From NCBI GenBank assembly GCA_037447605.1, contig CM074804.1, forward strand, positions 7,045,909 to 7,109,908: a stretch of DNA of 64,000 nucleotides. Direction: 5' to 3'. This stretch comes from Zygnema circumcarinatum SAG 698-1b. Its lineage: Eukaryota > Plantae > Zygnematophyceae. How positions within the stretch are numbered: position 1 is the first letter of the stretch; each line of letters begins with the position of its first letter. The translations under genes were made by a program, and so were the position numbers. Under the pieces are notes generated by a model. The model did not search any database. It worked only from the letters and a program-made list of their open reading frames with translations, and was not told the origin of the DNA. Shown here piece by piece: positions 26,428 to 39,444 of this stretch.

Positions 26428-29400
26428 CTACGTTCGAGGAACCAAAACGGGGTAATGGTGTACTTGTCGAATTCTCGACTTCACTTCATTCTTCAGAAGA
26501 AGGTATGTAACGAGCCGATATCCCACAAGCATGCAGAGCAGTATAACTGCCTCCACTGCCCCTCCGCCACTTATTCCGTCCAAATGCCACCGCAGTTCTG
26601 GATTGTCCTCATACCGGCACTGCTGCGTGACATGCGTAGTGCCCTGTGGTCCTGCCATAAGGACCTGACAGGCATATGTACCATCCTTTGCAAAGTTTAC
26701 TCGCAGAAGGAGCTGCAAAACAAACAGAATACAGGGCCAGACTGGTGTTTGAGAACAGCTCTGGGCTCAATACCCAGAAACCCACTCAAAAAAACGTCAC
26801 CCACTTATTGAGCACCTTAAAATGAAACAAAAAACTTCATGCACGAAGCAAGAGGTCAGCACAAGGAACTAACGCACTTGGACTATCTGGGCCTAATATT
26901 CATCATTGGAAGACAGCCATTGATAGAATAAGGGAATCTTAAGAGGGCGAAAGGAAGACAGGCTGCATACCCTATGAATATACGTCGAAAAGGAGAGATA
27001 CTTGATCCAGCCGACCCATGAGGGTGCATTCAATACAAGAAAATCAACCACCATAAGGGAAAGCAATTGCAACAGCGTTGCGATAAAAATGGCTTGCTTG
27101 GCGGTTCTCGCGGCTGCACCGACTGCAAGTCCGACTGAGGAGGCCACCATGCAGTCCAAAACCAAAATAATTTCAAATAAGATAAATCGGCCAAAGTTGG
27201 AATTCAAGCCAGCCATCCAATACACAATGGCTCCGAACAGCAGGGGGAATAGAACCTCGTAAGGCAGGTAAAGAATGATTCTTGAGGTAAAATATGCACT
27301 TATATGGTATGTTCCTCCATCTTGCTCTTGGCGAAGGAGTGATCGGTCCTGCGTAAGATACACGAATCGTCAGACTTACATGGCAAGTCTTTATGCTGAA
27401 CATATAAAATCTGGAAATGCTTCGAACATGCGAAGAAACGTTACTTTCACAATTTTGAACTTTAACACAGCTCAGGGTATTTACAATTAAGAACAGAATC
27501 TCACACACTGACGAAAACTAGTCCGCAGCATGAACCCATATCCAAATCCCCGAGCTCAAGTTTATGTCCATTTATTGAATGTCATCCCCAAACGTTCACC
27601 TTCATAGGTGCTACTATTAGCAAGCAACATGATATGGATGTAAAATGAATCACATCAATTATCCCCTTTCAGCTTGTTCTGCGAAGTGAGGGAAGAATGG
27701 TGGCGAGTGCTTCCAAAGTGGGCTGACATGCCTTACTTTAGCAGCCCGGGAAAAAAAGGGAAAAGCAACGATTATCTCTATTGCAACAACAGTACAACAA
27801 CTGAAACTATGCGGATGAAGGCACCTGGAAAAATGTGAGAACGGTGGAAATCATGGGAAATAGGCCCCAAAATAGGCCAACGAAGAAAATCAGTCCAGAT
27901 TGATCTCGCACTCCATCTGCTGTTTCAGAACGCTGATACCACAAACAGCCTGTGCCCACACCCATTCCTCCACATCACAAGGTGTTCCCGCACACCGAAC
28001 CACCGCAATTTGCAGCAAACAACTCTGCATCATCACTCCCCAAATAATCGTTGTACGTTGTACCTGCAATAAGCGCACACAACACAACCGTTCCGAATAC
28101 AGACACGGCTCCCATGTCCCAAATTCTGTAGCCCTTCCCATTGCGGCGGAGAAGGACTCGGCATTGGTGCAACCATGTGGTCACCCAACGGCTATCTTTG
28201 GCACCATCCTTTGAGATGTCATCCACAACGACCTCCTCAAGCTGCCCCACATGGTCATCTTTCCAGGGGACACGCTCAGGTTGGCCCGGCACGGGCAGGC
28301 CTGTAAGGGTGGACCCCTCGCGGTTTCGCCATGCATATATCAAATTTGTGGTCGTTCCATAGTGAATTGAAGCATCAGAAGGCTCCGCCACTGCAAGATC
28401 CTGCAAGAAGAGTTCGCAAAAAGTCCAAATAGTTGCAAAGGATGTCGTCATTCACTGTGCTATTCACTCTTTGTAACATTTGCCAAAGAAAGCTTTGTGG
28501 TTTAATGGAAAAGAAAAAGGATGTTATCTTCGGATCCACAATCAAGCATTCACAATCATCCGAAGATGCAATACAAGCATTTGCAGAAACCGTGTTTGAG
28601 GAGGAGGGAAATGAGCCACCAGAAGGTACTCGGCCGGACTGATGTTGGGACTTGGTCGATGCCCAAGGCTTTCAAAGTACGCCATGGCCTCATCCGCAGG
28701 TCCATTGTAGATGGGGTTTCCTTCAGCCAACAGCAGAAGGGTTGAGAAAAGCTCAAACATTCGCGCACTTGGCATCTTGTAACTGGCAATAACTGTGCGC
28801 CCTGCTGCTGCATACGCCGCGAGCATGCGGGTCATTCGTAGAGACATGGCACCGTCCAATCTGCGAGACAATGGGATGTCAGACATCTCGCATCTTCTGC
28901 AGCATGGAATGCATGCAATTACCTCACTTCTGGTGGGAGTGAAGGGAGCATCGTGACAGAGGGTATACAGAGTCGCTCACCCTGACGTAGGCTCATCCAA
29001 CAAGAGCAGCGAAGGATTCGTTATCATCTCCAGACCAATTGCAAGCCTCCTCCTCTCATTGTTCAGCACTCCTCCTGCCTTGCCGACCATCGTATCCGCA
29101 CACCTGCAAGCAAGCACCCGCAGATGACTCAATTTGTCAGCAGGAAAATAATCTGCATGGCCAGAAACAACGTTGAACTAAAGGCGATACAATTTAATGT
29201 CAAAGTATATGTGAAATTTGCAAAAGCATTTGCGAAATAAACCTATTCAGAGCAAACCATTGAATCGATAAGAATCACTCCACTCCTCACGGCAGTGCAA
29301 AGGTATATACGATCCAAGCAAACCTGCAGTAATGGGCTCACAGAATTGGACGGCCAAACATAATCCACATAGGAAAAAAACAACAAATCACTATGGCTGC

Positions 29401-31744
29401 CCTTGACGGAAACACAGCGCATAACAACCATAACTTCAGCACATTTCATTGGGAGCACATAGTCAGATGGGCAAACATGGGCAACTCTTTGCCATTATAC
29501 CTTTCCAAAAACCAATATCACGCCTCTCCTTTCCATCCTCTTCTTTATAATTAAATCCTGGAGTGACGTGCTAGGCTAAGTTCACATTAGCCCATTAGCA
29601 CATGCAGGGAAAGGACGGTACTGGGTGAGCTCCAAGGAGTCGAGAACATGCTCCACTCGAACAACTCGGTCAATATCTTCAGTGTCCTGAGGAAGCCTCA
29701 GCTGCGCGGCAAACATTAAACTCTCCTTCACCTGCCAATACATCAACTCGAGCAAAACTCGTTAAAGACTGGAAGACAAGGCAGTCAAAAAAGGGTGGAT
29801 GAACTGCCAATCCTAAAATTGCCAAAATGGGCAATAACCGATGCTTATGAAGGTGCAACTCAGGACTAACTTTTTTGCTAAACGATCGCAACTTTCAAGA
29901 GAAGAGGTACACAGTACCCTATGGAAAAAAAGGCACCTAAGATTGATTTTGTGTGAGTCAAAATACAGGGACGTGGAATATGTACAAAAGCGATTAAGAA
30001 ACGAAAGAATAAATTAATAATAAAAAACATTCACGTGATAAAACATCGGTTTTCGGTCCTCGATTCTCGGTGAAAAAAGAGCTCACTGTGAGGTTCTCAA
30101 GAAGGTGCGCCACAGGTTCGACAAACCCAATATTTCGGCGCATCCAATTCGCAAAGAGATGTCCATTGTATTTGACTTCACCTTGCAGCCGTGACGAATC
30201 CCGAAGCCGGCCTGCTATTATACGAAGCAAGAGAGACTTCCCTGAACCCTCGGGCCTGCGATGCAGCTCATCAACAGCAGTTAATACCATCATACAAAGA
30301 TAGATGCAGAGAATGGGAGGACTGCACAGTCAACTGACCTTCACTTTCATATTAAGGGAAGTCTCAGTTGCTTGACTAAACCATCACCTCTACGAGAGTG
30401 TCCAATTATTTGGCAAAAAGTCCTTCACAGGTCTGGTTCAACATGTTAAGCGCACAGGAAAAAATGAAAGTCACTTTCTATGCAGCCGAATAATGCTTAA
30501 GAGTTCGTGATTGGGTCACGTAGTTGGGGAATGCTGGAGACGGAACCTCACCCGAGTACCGCCATCAGCTGGCCGGGCTCAACTTTACCATTCACATTGA
30601 ACAGTACCTTCTTGTCCTGCATTGCATCCTTTTTCTGCCACCACCTGTAAAAAACCTGCACCTCTCTCCGCTAACAGTTAATGAATGCGCAATTCAATTT
30701 AACCTCCTTAAAAAGGCCATTTTGAGGCCACGGAATAGGGTGGTAAATTTAGAATATATATATATCTCTCTATGCATATATGTTATGCAACTTTCGGGAT
30801 AGCAGCATGAACCGGTCGGATGACCAGCTCAGCCGCCAATCCGCACTCAAGGAGACATCCTCCCAATAGAGGGACGATTACTTCTCGCAATGTTCCTGCT
30901 TTTTTTAGCATAATGCCCAGCACTCATCGGCAATCGATGATCCAAGTTCTGTTGTCTTACTTCCCGGAGTTAACCAGCTTCCTTCGGCAAGCTTAAAAGC
31001 TCCTCGTATCAAACTAGACCTGAATAAAAGTGATTCACTTGCGTGCAGCAGACAACTAACACCAAAACCATTTGAAATTTGCGAAAAAAGATGATTAAAT
31101 GACACATATATTAAGTGCAGCAAATGACTGGCACGAACACCATATAAACTTTGAGCAAACGAGACGGTTAACTGACACTTGGCGTACGTGCAGAAGACGA
31201 CTGGCGCAAAACCCATACAAAATTTGAGCAAAAAAACGGTTGAATAACTACGTGCAGCAGACAACTAGCACAAAAAATATATGAACTTTGGGCCAAAAAA
31301 TGATTAAATGATACCTTATGTGAAGCAGACAACTTGCACAAAGTCCATATAAAATTTGAGCAAAAAGACGGCTAACTGACACCAGAAAACGGGCACAATG
31401 CCAATACACGATGGGCATTCACCCTCCCATGCCAATATTCGCACCCGTATAAAGGTTCAAGTATCTTTAAAAAATCTTCAAACTAACCTCCGGTTTCTGG
31501 ATGTTACCTTTGGATGAAGTTCCACAGAGTAGTCCAGCCCGCGCCATTCCACCTTAATCCCCTGGGGAAGAAGTTTGCTCTGCGAGTCAGTTTCCGCCAG
31601 TGCTGTAGCGGCCGCAATAACTCTCCTGTCCCGCCGCTCTCCCTGTGTGGGCAGAGTGCTTCTGCGGGGCCCATCCTCCTGCAAGCCGTCGGAAAGAGCC
31701 GCCATGTGGTCGGCAGGCGACGCCGCCTTCTGCTCGACCGCCAT
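26428..31744 (-). CDS. ABCG (WBC) half-transporter, ABCG14/22/26-like topology, with degenerate nucleotide-binding domain
   Basis: MAVEQK...[12 protein letters not shown]|...[19 protein letters not shown]|PEGSGKS (Walker A)...|[14 protein letters not shown]|CADTMVG...[10 protein letters not shown]|LD...[16 protein letters not shown]|...[17 protein letters not shown]|[20 protein letters not shown]...[10 protein letters not shown]|...YRLVTYLLL. The 3' end is uncertain because a possible donor lies after SRIRQ. Confidence 0.88.
31043..31385. repeat. Degenerate minisatellite, about 5 units of 64-73 bp, in ABCG intron 1
   Basis: Units start at about 31043, 31115, 31188, 31252 and 31320 with gtgcagcagacaact-like heads, a ccatataaaatttgagcaaaaa-like core and ends of atgattaaatgac or acggttaactgac. 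Confidence 0.75.
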
Positions 31745-32044
31745 GGATGCGCGCTCGCCAGCTTCCGCTTCCCTGCTCTCAGCAGCTCTCCAGAGTCGAA
31801 AGCGCTCCCACAGCCGCCCTCAGGACACGGCGAAGTACTGTTTCTGGATTCTGCATTGTATAATAACCTGAGGGTACAATAAACGGAATTAGTACTGTAC
31901 AAGCTTTCCAGAGAATATTTGCAAAAAAAAAAAAAGTCAAATCCGAACGGTATATGTTTGGATTCTCAGAGATCTCACGCTGGCGGGGCCGTCTAATGCA
32001 CATGGAAAACCAGGCGTGGGAGAACCACGAGAAGCTAACGCCTT

Positions 32045-32403
32045 GAGAGCCATGGTTCCCATGATTCATGAGCGCAAGTTTGCTTCTGGGCCCACCAACA
32101 ACAACAGCAACACGGCTCTAGAAGCCATGAGTCCCATGACTCATGAGCGCAAGTTTGCTTCTGGGCCCACCAACAACAACAACACGGCTATAGAGAGCCA
32201 TGAGTCCCATGACTCATGAGCGCAAGTTTGCTTCTGAGCCGACCGCCAATAACAACAACAACAACAACAACACGGCTCTAGAGAGCCATGAGTTCCATGA
32301 CTCATGAGCGCAAGTTTGCTTCTGGGGCCACCAACAACAACAGCAACACGGCTCTAGAGAGCCATGAGTCCCATGACTCATGAGCGCGAGATTGCTTCTG
32401 GGC

Positions 32404-32434
<31 letters not shown>

Positions 32435-32450
32435 CAACACGGCTCTAGAG
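32045..32450. repeat. Tandem repeat, 5 units of 72-91 bp with an embedded variable (AAC)n, in the ABCG/NAC intergenic region
   Basis: Unit gagagccatgagtcccatgactcatgagcgcaagtttgcttctgggcccacc(aac)nacggctcta starts at 32045, 32121, 32193, 32281 and 32357. Confidence 0.95.
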
Positions 32451-32923
32451 ACACCCACGCCAAGGGCGACAACAGCCGTGGGGCCAGGGCATGGAAGTGT
32501 TATGTGGAAGCGCTGCTCCGTTCAGCGTGACATAGTGAACTACGCATGGAGCTCGCGAACTAAGCGTAGTTGAGCGTCGGTGGCGGCATAACGCGCAACT
32601 GCGAACATAGAGAGGCGCGCAATAGAAACGTGAGGAAGAAGCAAATGTCGCCTGCTCAAGGCGGTCGGCCGCGGTCAACGTGCAGGAGATTGGGCAGCAG
32701 CAGCCCTGGGGAGGGGGAAGGGAAAGTGTAGCTGCAAAAAGAGATAATTGTGGAATTTTTTTAGAAGTATTCTATAAAAGTGGTAGTAGAGAGATTTGGA
32801 AAGCTTTTTCTCTTTTGTTTCACTTTTTTTCCGCGAAGCTTTAGGCTTTTTGGTTGCTAAAAACGCTTGGCGGTTCCCTGGAGGGTTGCAAGGACGGCAT
32901 TGGGCTGCTAAGTCGGTTTTATA

Positions 32924-33392
32924 ATGGCGAAGTTCAGGGAAGGCGTGTGCTTTCCTCCAGGGTTTCGGTTTCATCCGACTGATGCAGAGTTGGTTGGATA
33001 CTATTTGAAAAGAAAAATAGCAGGACAGCCAATCACAGGTGACATAATTCCAGAGATAGAGTTCTATAAGTTTGAGCCGTGGGACTTGCCAGGTGAGCTT
33101 GCATTGCTTGCAATTGCAATGTTTGTCGGTGTGCAGCACTGAGTCAGGTTTCTGGTCTCTTTCTGCGCATTAAGTTGAAATGTTGACCGAATTGCCAATG
33201 CCGAACTTGCACGGTGATTGGACAGTTAAGAAGATGCACATGCCTACGGCACGTTGCATGCTCCGCTACATGTAGCATGATGGAGCATATTACAATCTGA
33301 GTCTGTTTCTCCATCAGTCTGTTGAAGATCCTGTTTGGAAAGGTGCAAGCTTATCTTTCTTGCATTGCTTATGTCTTCAGTCTGTCCGCACT

Positions 33393-33431
<39 letters not shown>

Positions 33432-33441
33432 NNNNNNNNNN

Positions 33442-33487
<46 letters not shown>

Positions 33488-36400
33488 GTAGAAACCGGCA
33501 GAGTGGCATTGACTGGTGTGTGGATGAGCTTCTGAATATTCTAAGGGCATGGTCGTATTGCGATGTGGAAATGAACTCGCCTTTTTCCGTCTATTCATGC
33601 AGAGTCAGACATTTTCCCCGATAGCGACCGCTATTTTTTTAGTCCTCTGGAATTGAAAACGTCAAATGGTGCAAACAAGAATCGGGCGACTGAGAAGGGA
33701 TTCTGGAAAGCTTCAGGTATATCTTTCAGCAATTTCCTCTGAAGTGCTTGATGTTCTGCTGGAAATTCTAAGGAAATGCAGGAAGCGTTGAAACTGATGG
33801 AGGACCATTCTTTGTTTCAGGAAAGGATCAACCTGTTTCTGTACGTGGGAAGAAGTTAGGCATGAAGAAGATATTGGTGTTTTATTTAGAACGCGCCCCG
33901 AAAGGCGTCAGGACTGACTGGGTCATGCACGAATACCGGCTTGAATCGTCTGCACAGGTGCATTTGCCAACTTTTTTCGATCAGTGTATAGAAAATCATC
34001 AGACTAACTTGATGGTAGTAGTATTTCATTGCCTTTGAAAGAGAATGCGTACACAATCCACGTTTCTGCAGGTTTGTGCATATTAACCTTATGGACTATT
34101 TATTGAATGTCTAGAGTTGAAAGACAAGTAGTTGCTGTTTGTCTGCTTGCACAGTTATTGATGACTTGAATAATTCTTTGTTGCGACTTACAATCAATAG
34201 ATTCTTGTCATGCAGGCGACCTTTGTGCTTTGCCGAGTCTTCAACAAGAAAAACGATCCTAAGGACTGCGGCCCTGCCCTTACTAAGGAGGCCTCTAAGG
34301 GAGAGGTCTTGCAATCCGGCACTCATGGCTCACCCAGCCAACCTGATCAACCACCCCCGGACTTTTTGGACCATATGGGCGATCGCTACACTGATGCTGC
34401 AGGAGGAAACCTCGGGGACTCGTTACCTGTCCTTCCTTCCTTTATGGTGCCAAAGCAGGAAGGTTCGCCTGAATTAAGCGATTTGCAGCAGGCCAAAAGT
34501 GGTGATGGGTTAACGAGGCAACATCTCAATGCCGCTGATGTGGCTGGCTTCCCTAACCTAGAGGTAACTTCTGACTATTCGGGATTCGATCAATTTGCAA
34601 CGGAACCGATTGCCTCCTGTAAATGTGTGTTTGTGAAATGAATCCTGTGGTCGCATCGTGTACACACTTGTCTGCGATAATTCACCCAAGAACTTAGTGC
34701 TGCTCCCTTTCGTGCATCAAATGCCGGCATAAGTCCGGCAGAATGGCAATCATTCTCGGTATCAAGTGTTCTTGTTGCAGCTGCTGGTAAACTGCGCGGA
34801 AACAGATAAGACAGAGTGTTGAATATCGTCTTTATATGATGCAGTCTTCTTCTCTTTTCAATTAAGTGAATGCCTCTGAAGTGCTTGATGTTCTACTGGA
34901 AATCTCAAGCAAACACATGAATCGTTGAAACTGATGGAAGACCATTTTTGTGTGCACTTCGATGCTGCAGGTTGAGGGGCGACAGTTTGCCGACATGGAT
35001 GTTTCCAGGGAAATTGCACTCAAGACGGACGTGAACCCAGGAAACCCTAAAATCGATTACTCATTCCTGGAGGATGATGCACAGCTTTTTGGAGAAGCTG
35101 ACTCAGGACTGCATATCTCAGATGCACCTTCACAGTCTGAATCTTATGCTGACACTTTTCTTCTGGATGATTCAGCGAAAGACGAAGACATAGCTTGGTT
35201 GGAACAGTCTTTTACCCCAGATCCTCAACATACGCGGAGTCATGGCCTTGCCGATATTTTTGAAAATTTTGAATTTTGTCAAACCTCTGGATTTCAATCT
35301 CCTACTATGGGATCCGCTTATTCTTCAGGCCCGTCAGGCATCCAGATCAGTGGGCCCGACCAGATTTTGCCATCCTTGACGCCCGGAAGGAGGGTGATGC
35401 TAAGTGAACGAAGCATGTCTTCAAAGCAGACGGTGCTGGAAGAAATAAGGGATCCTCGATTGCTAATGCAGCTTCAGTTCCAGACAGCATCCACAGGAGC
35501 CTATCGTGGGAAGCATGTTGCAGGACAATCTTATCTATCAACGCCAACGGCAGCCCCACGGGTGGTGAGCCCCGGGAAAATGTCTGCATTTGGCATTTCG
35601 AATGTTGTGAAAACGAGGAATCTTTCCACTATGGCGAAAATAGAGCAGGAGCCGGTTGGTCCGGTGAATGCGAATCCAGCTGCAGAACTCACCAGCGCTA
35701 GAAGTTTTTTAGGAACTGCTCAAGCCTCAGGGATGAATTACGGCTATTCTGAGGCTTTAGGGCTTTCTGAATTTGAACATGGGCAAGACACAGTTAGTGT
35801 TGAGTACCCCAACCGATTTGCAAGGAGCCTGCGGAAGGAGGTCCCTGAGGGTCAATCTGAGCTGCGAGCTGACTTTGGATTGCTTGGAAAGTCTGCGAAC
35901 GGCTCTGAGTGGATTGACGAGGAGATCGACAGACGAGGGGTAACTCAGGCTGATTTGGAACAGGCGATGGCTGCTGCTGCGAACGGTGACCTTGACTTAA
36001 GAGATGCAAATCTTGAGCTGCATCAGGTCAGTCAAATTTGAGCACAGTGAAATATCTGGAATCATTGTAGTGGAGCATAGCTCTTGAACAATGAAATATG
36101 ATATGCAGACTCCTTGTTTGCCTTGGCATGATAACCGTGTCTATGCCGTTGAGTGAACTTAAGGGATTTTCAGTTCATTTCCTAAAAGTACGGGCTATTA
36201 TCATGGCTGGCTGGAGTTCTATGCAATAGTGGAACACATGGAGGAACACATTGTTTATAGTGTATGTGGAAACTTGCAAGGCTGAAAGATAATTTAGCTC
36301 TGTGGTAGGACGGAGGATGTCGAGGTAGTTGGGCCAGCTTGACAATCACATTGCAGGAGTGCTATTAGTGTTTTAGATTGTGGACATGATGAAGAGATGG

Positions 36401-38382
36401 CCGATATAATTGATGAAAATGTTTTTTTTGTATTTGAGCACTTTCTTTTTGGGGTTTTATTGTTTTTGCATTTGAATGCACAGGGACATGACAGTTCTCT
36501 CTGAATGGATGCGTATGATGTGTTGCGGTCAGTCGTCAAATGGCCTATTTTTGACCAGTTTGGATGCTTATGAAGATTGTGGCTTTCCCCGCCTTCCATT
36601 TGGATACCATGCAGGTATTTGAAGGAGTAGGTAATGAAGGCATGCCTTATGCCTCAACAGGGCGGCAAAATGCCTTATGTTCAGAAGGAACTTGTGACAA
36701 TACAGAGGGCTTGTGGAAGGACGTTCCCGTGGATTGGGATGCACTTGGTCCAAATGTCATGGAGACAAAGTTCGATGATCTGTCAGACTGCAAGGAAGGT
36801 GAGGATCGTCAGGAGGTAGTCCCTCAGGTTTTTCGACATGATCCGTTTGATGTTTTCATGGTTCTTGTGTGATCGCTTGCTTCGTCTTGATCGAATGAAT
36901 GTGAAGTATGCTCACAGAGTTCTTCATAGAGTCTGCAGATGCAGCGCATGTTGTGCTCATGCGGCCTCAGAAACTGGGAGCTGTGTGAAGATTTACGTAC
37001 TGTTGGCCTGGCACATGTCAGGCCCTCTGGTAATGTGAATCTTTATAAACACATTTATCGCCACCCAACCATTCCACAAATCTCAGTAATTCCCCTATGT
37101 GATAGGCTGCTTGCTTGCTGGACCTTCAAAGTCTCGTGCAAGCGATTTAAGCCGTTGTCATTGTTGACATGACCGCGACTTGTTTCTGAGTTGGTGATGG
37201 CCGTTACCCTGTCCAATAAAGGCTCCATAGTGACTGCTGCAGCTGTATGCACGTTACAGTAGCTGCAGTCACAAGACATATATGGCGGGTAGACAAGTAA
37301 CAAGTTTGGGACATTAATATGTTGCCTTGGCACGAACAGGCTAATGTTCTTGCCTCTGGAGTTCATGAAATCTGTATGAACTAATCTCAGTATGTGAGGT
37401 GGCGGCATTCTGCCGTGTACGAGTTTGTTGACGGTGATGGTCTTAGCTTGAAACGACACAGTGTCGATGTACTCCTTGGTTCTCCATGACCTAGTAGTCA
37501 CAATGGACTCCTGTAACCTGCAAGTAGATAATGTTTTTGCTGTGTGTTGTCTTTCCAGGCGGAGACTGTAGCGGGACACAGGACGAAGGTTTAGTTGCGA
37601 ACTTCTTGTTGGAGAACACGAAGGAATCGAACAGTTTTCTGTCATCTGCAGTAGCATCTGATGATGTAACTGAAACATGTGCTCGTGCTAGGCTACCCCC
37701 GTCCCTCTCAAGAGATCGAACCTCTTTAACTACTAACTCTGCAGCTAGGTCTCTCGCTCCATCACGACCGGCAATGCAGCAATTCCAACGGTCACAAAGC
37801 GGTGCTCAGTCCTTGCCAGGGCCACTCGCTGGCCTGATCCGTCTGTTGGGCCCTCCTCGCCCAGCACATGCTGCAGTCCTCAACAGATGTGGAAATAAGC
37901 CGGGCTGTGATGAAGCTAACCTGGCACATATGAGGGGCTTCTCGTCCTCACCTGCACTTCTCAGGGGTGAAGTTGAGTGGTCGTCTGGGAGGGGAATGGG
38001 GTCAGCAGTTAAATCCTTGAATAGCAGACAAGAGGAGAGCACTTCTACGAGTTGTATGGATGAAACTCAGTGCTTCGCAGGAAAGGTAGCCTCTAAGGAA
38101 GGCAGTCTGGGATGGGATCCAAGTTATCAAAGTGTAAGGAGACGAGTTTCAAATAGGGAAATGGCAAGAGGGAGCAACCTGAACGATATAGGGACTAGTG
38201 AAGGGCAACATTACATATGCAGGTGTCCACGTCCGGTCTTGCCGAAAGAAAGCTGGACAATGAAGACTATGTTGACATCTGTGGGACTGTGTATAGCTGT
38301 GATAATGCTATCACTGTCGATGGTGACATTGGGACGGTTTACGGCCACAGCTACTACAGACAGATGGTCTTTCTTTACTTGA
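32924..38382 (+). CDS. NAC-domain transcription factor with C-terminal transmembrane helix (NTL-type), about 943 aa, 7 exons
   Basis: Exons 32924-33092, 33603-33716, 33821-33957, 34216-34563, 34971-36026, 36615-36798 and 37559-38382 join in frame. NAC motifs: [60 protein letters not shown] and [10 protein letters not shown]. The C-terminus is hydrophobic ([22 protein letters not shown]). Confidence 0.9.
33394..33481. repeat. Poly(T) tract spanning a 10-N assembly gap (NAC intron 1)
   Basis: T runs flank the N at 33432-33441, so the true length is unknown. Confidence 0.9.
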
Positions 38383-39444
38383 ATACAGCATCAACATCCT
38401 GATTCTGCTGTCTCAAGAAGGGAACGGGCCAGAAGTTCCAAAGCAAGATCCCCGAATTCAGACTGCAGTTGGACTTTCCTAAAGAACACTTCAGTTGATT
38501 GCCGCTGCGTTTGGACGAGATGAGCACTATGTCAATATGATGGAATACCTCCTATTGTGGAAGTGGGCATGCTGTCCTTCCGATGAGAGGACATCATCTC
38601 CTGGAGAAGTTGTGCTCTCTCAATGGAGTGGAGCGGCCCCATCTATTTGTCTGTATTTCAGTTGCCGTAGCTGTTGAATGTGAAAGGCGACTTTCTTGTG
38701 TGTCCGCGGAGTAGGTGAATAACGTACAGTTAGGGATATGTCCGTAGGTTGTTATGAGAGCATGGGAGTAGTGCAAATTGTGCTTTCTTCCAGACATCGT
38801 CTCAGCTTGCCCTCCTTCAGGCGGGCCTGTGTATATGATATGCTTTGAGGCAGTATGAAGGGCACGGCAAGGGTAGCCTGACTCTTCTGATGTTTATAAA
38901 GAAACCGTATGTGAGTGCGTTAGAGAAATGTCAGGCAGCTGAGTAGGCAGCTGACCTCGGTTTCAAGAGACTGGAGGTAGTGAGCTCTGTTCTCCGGCCA
39001 TGCGTGTATGTGGATAAGGAAGTAGATCCTGCTCAATGTTATGCCTCGTATGCAAAGATTCTCTGCATTAGCTGTATGCATTGCTGTTTCCTGAACACGT
39101 TTAAAAAATGGATACATGAAGTCGGAGCATGAAGGGCCTCAAGGCAATCTGGAATGTCTGAATGGGCAGGTCCTACTTTTTCTGCTTATGTCTATTTCCG
39201 GCCCTTTATCATTCTGTGGTGTTTGACAAGTGATCCTGTCATTGTATTGCATGGCAGCCGTTCAGAATGTTGGCACTCCCGTGTCAATGTTCGGTTCATT
39301 GCCTCCTTTTGAGTCTGTGTGACGTCTGTAGGAAGGTTAGGGTTCTTCTGACACTTGGATCAGCCGGGATGGATTCGTACGCAAGATCTGCAACAGGTCC
39401 AATTGTTGATGTCATGGCTCGCTCGCAGAGGACTCCGAATGGTC

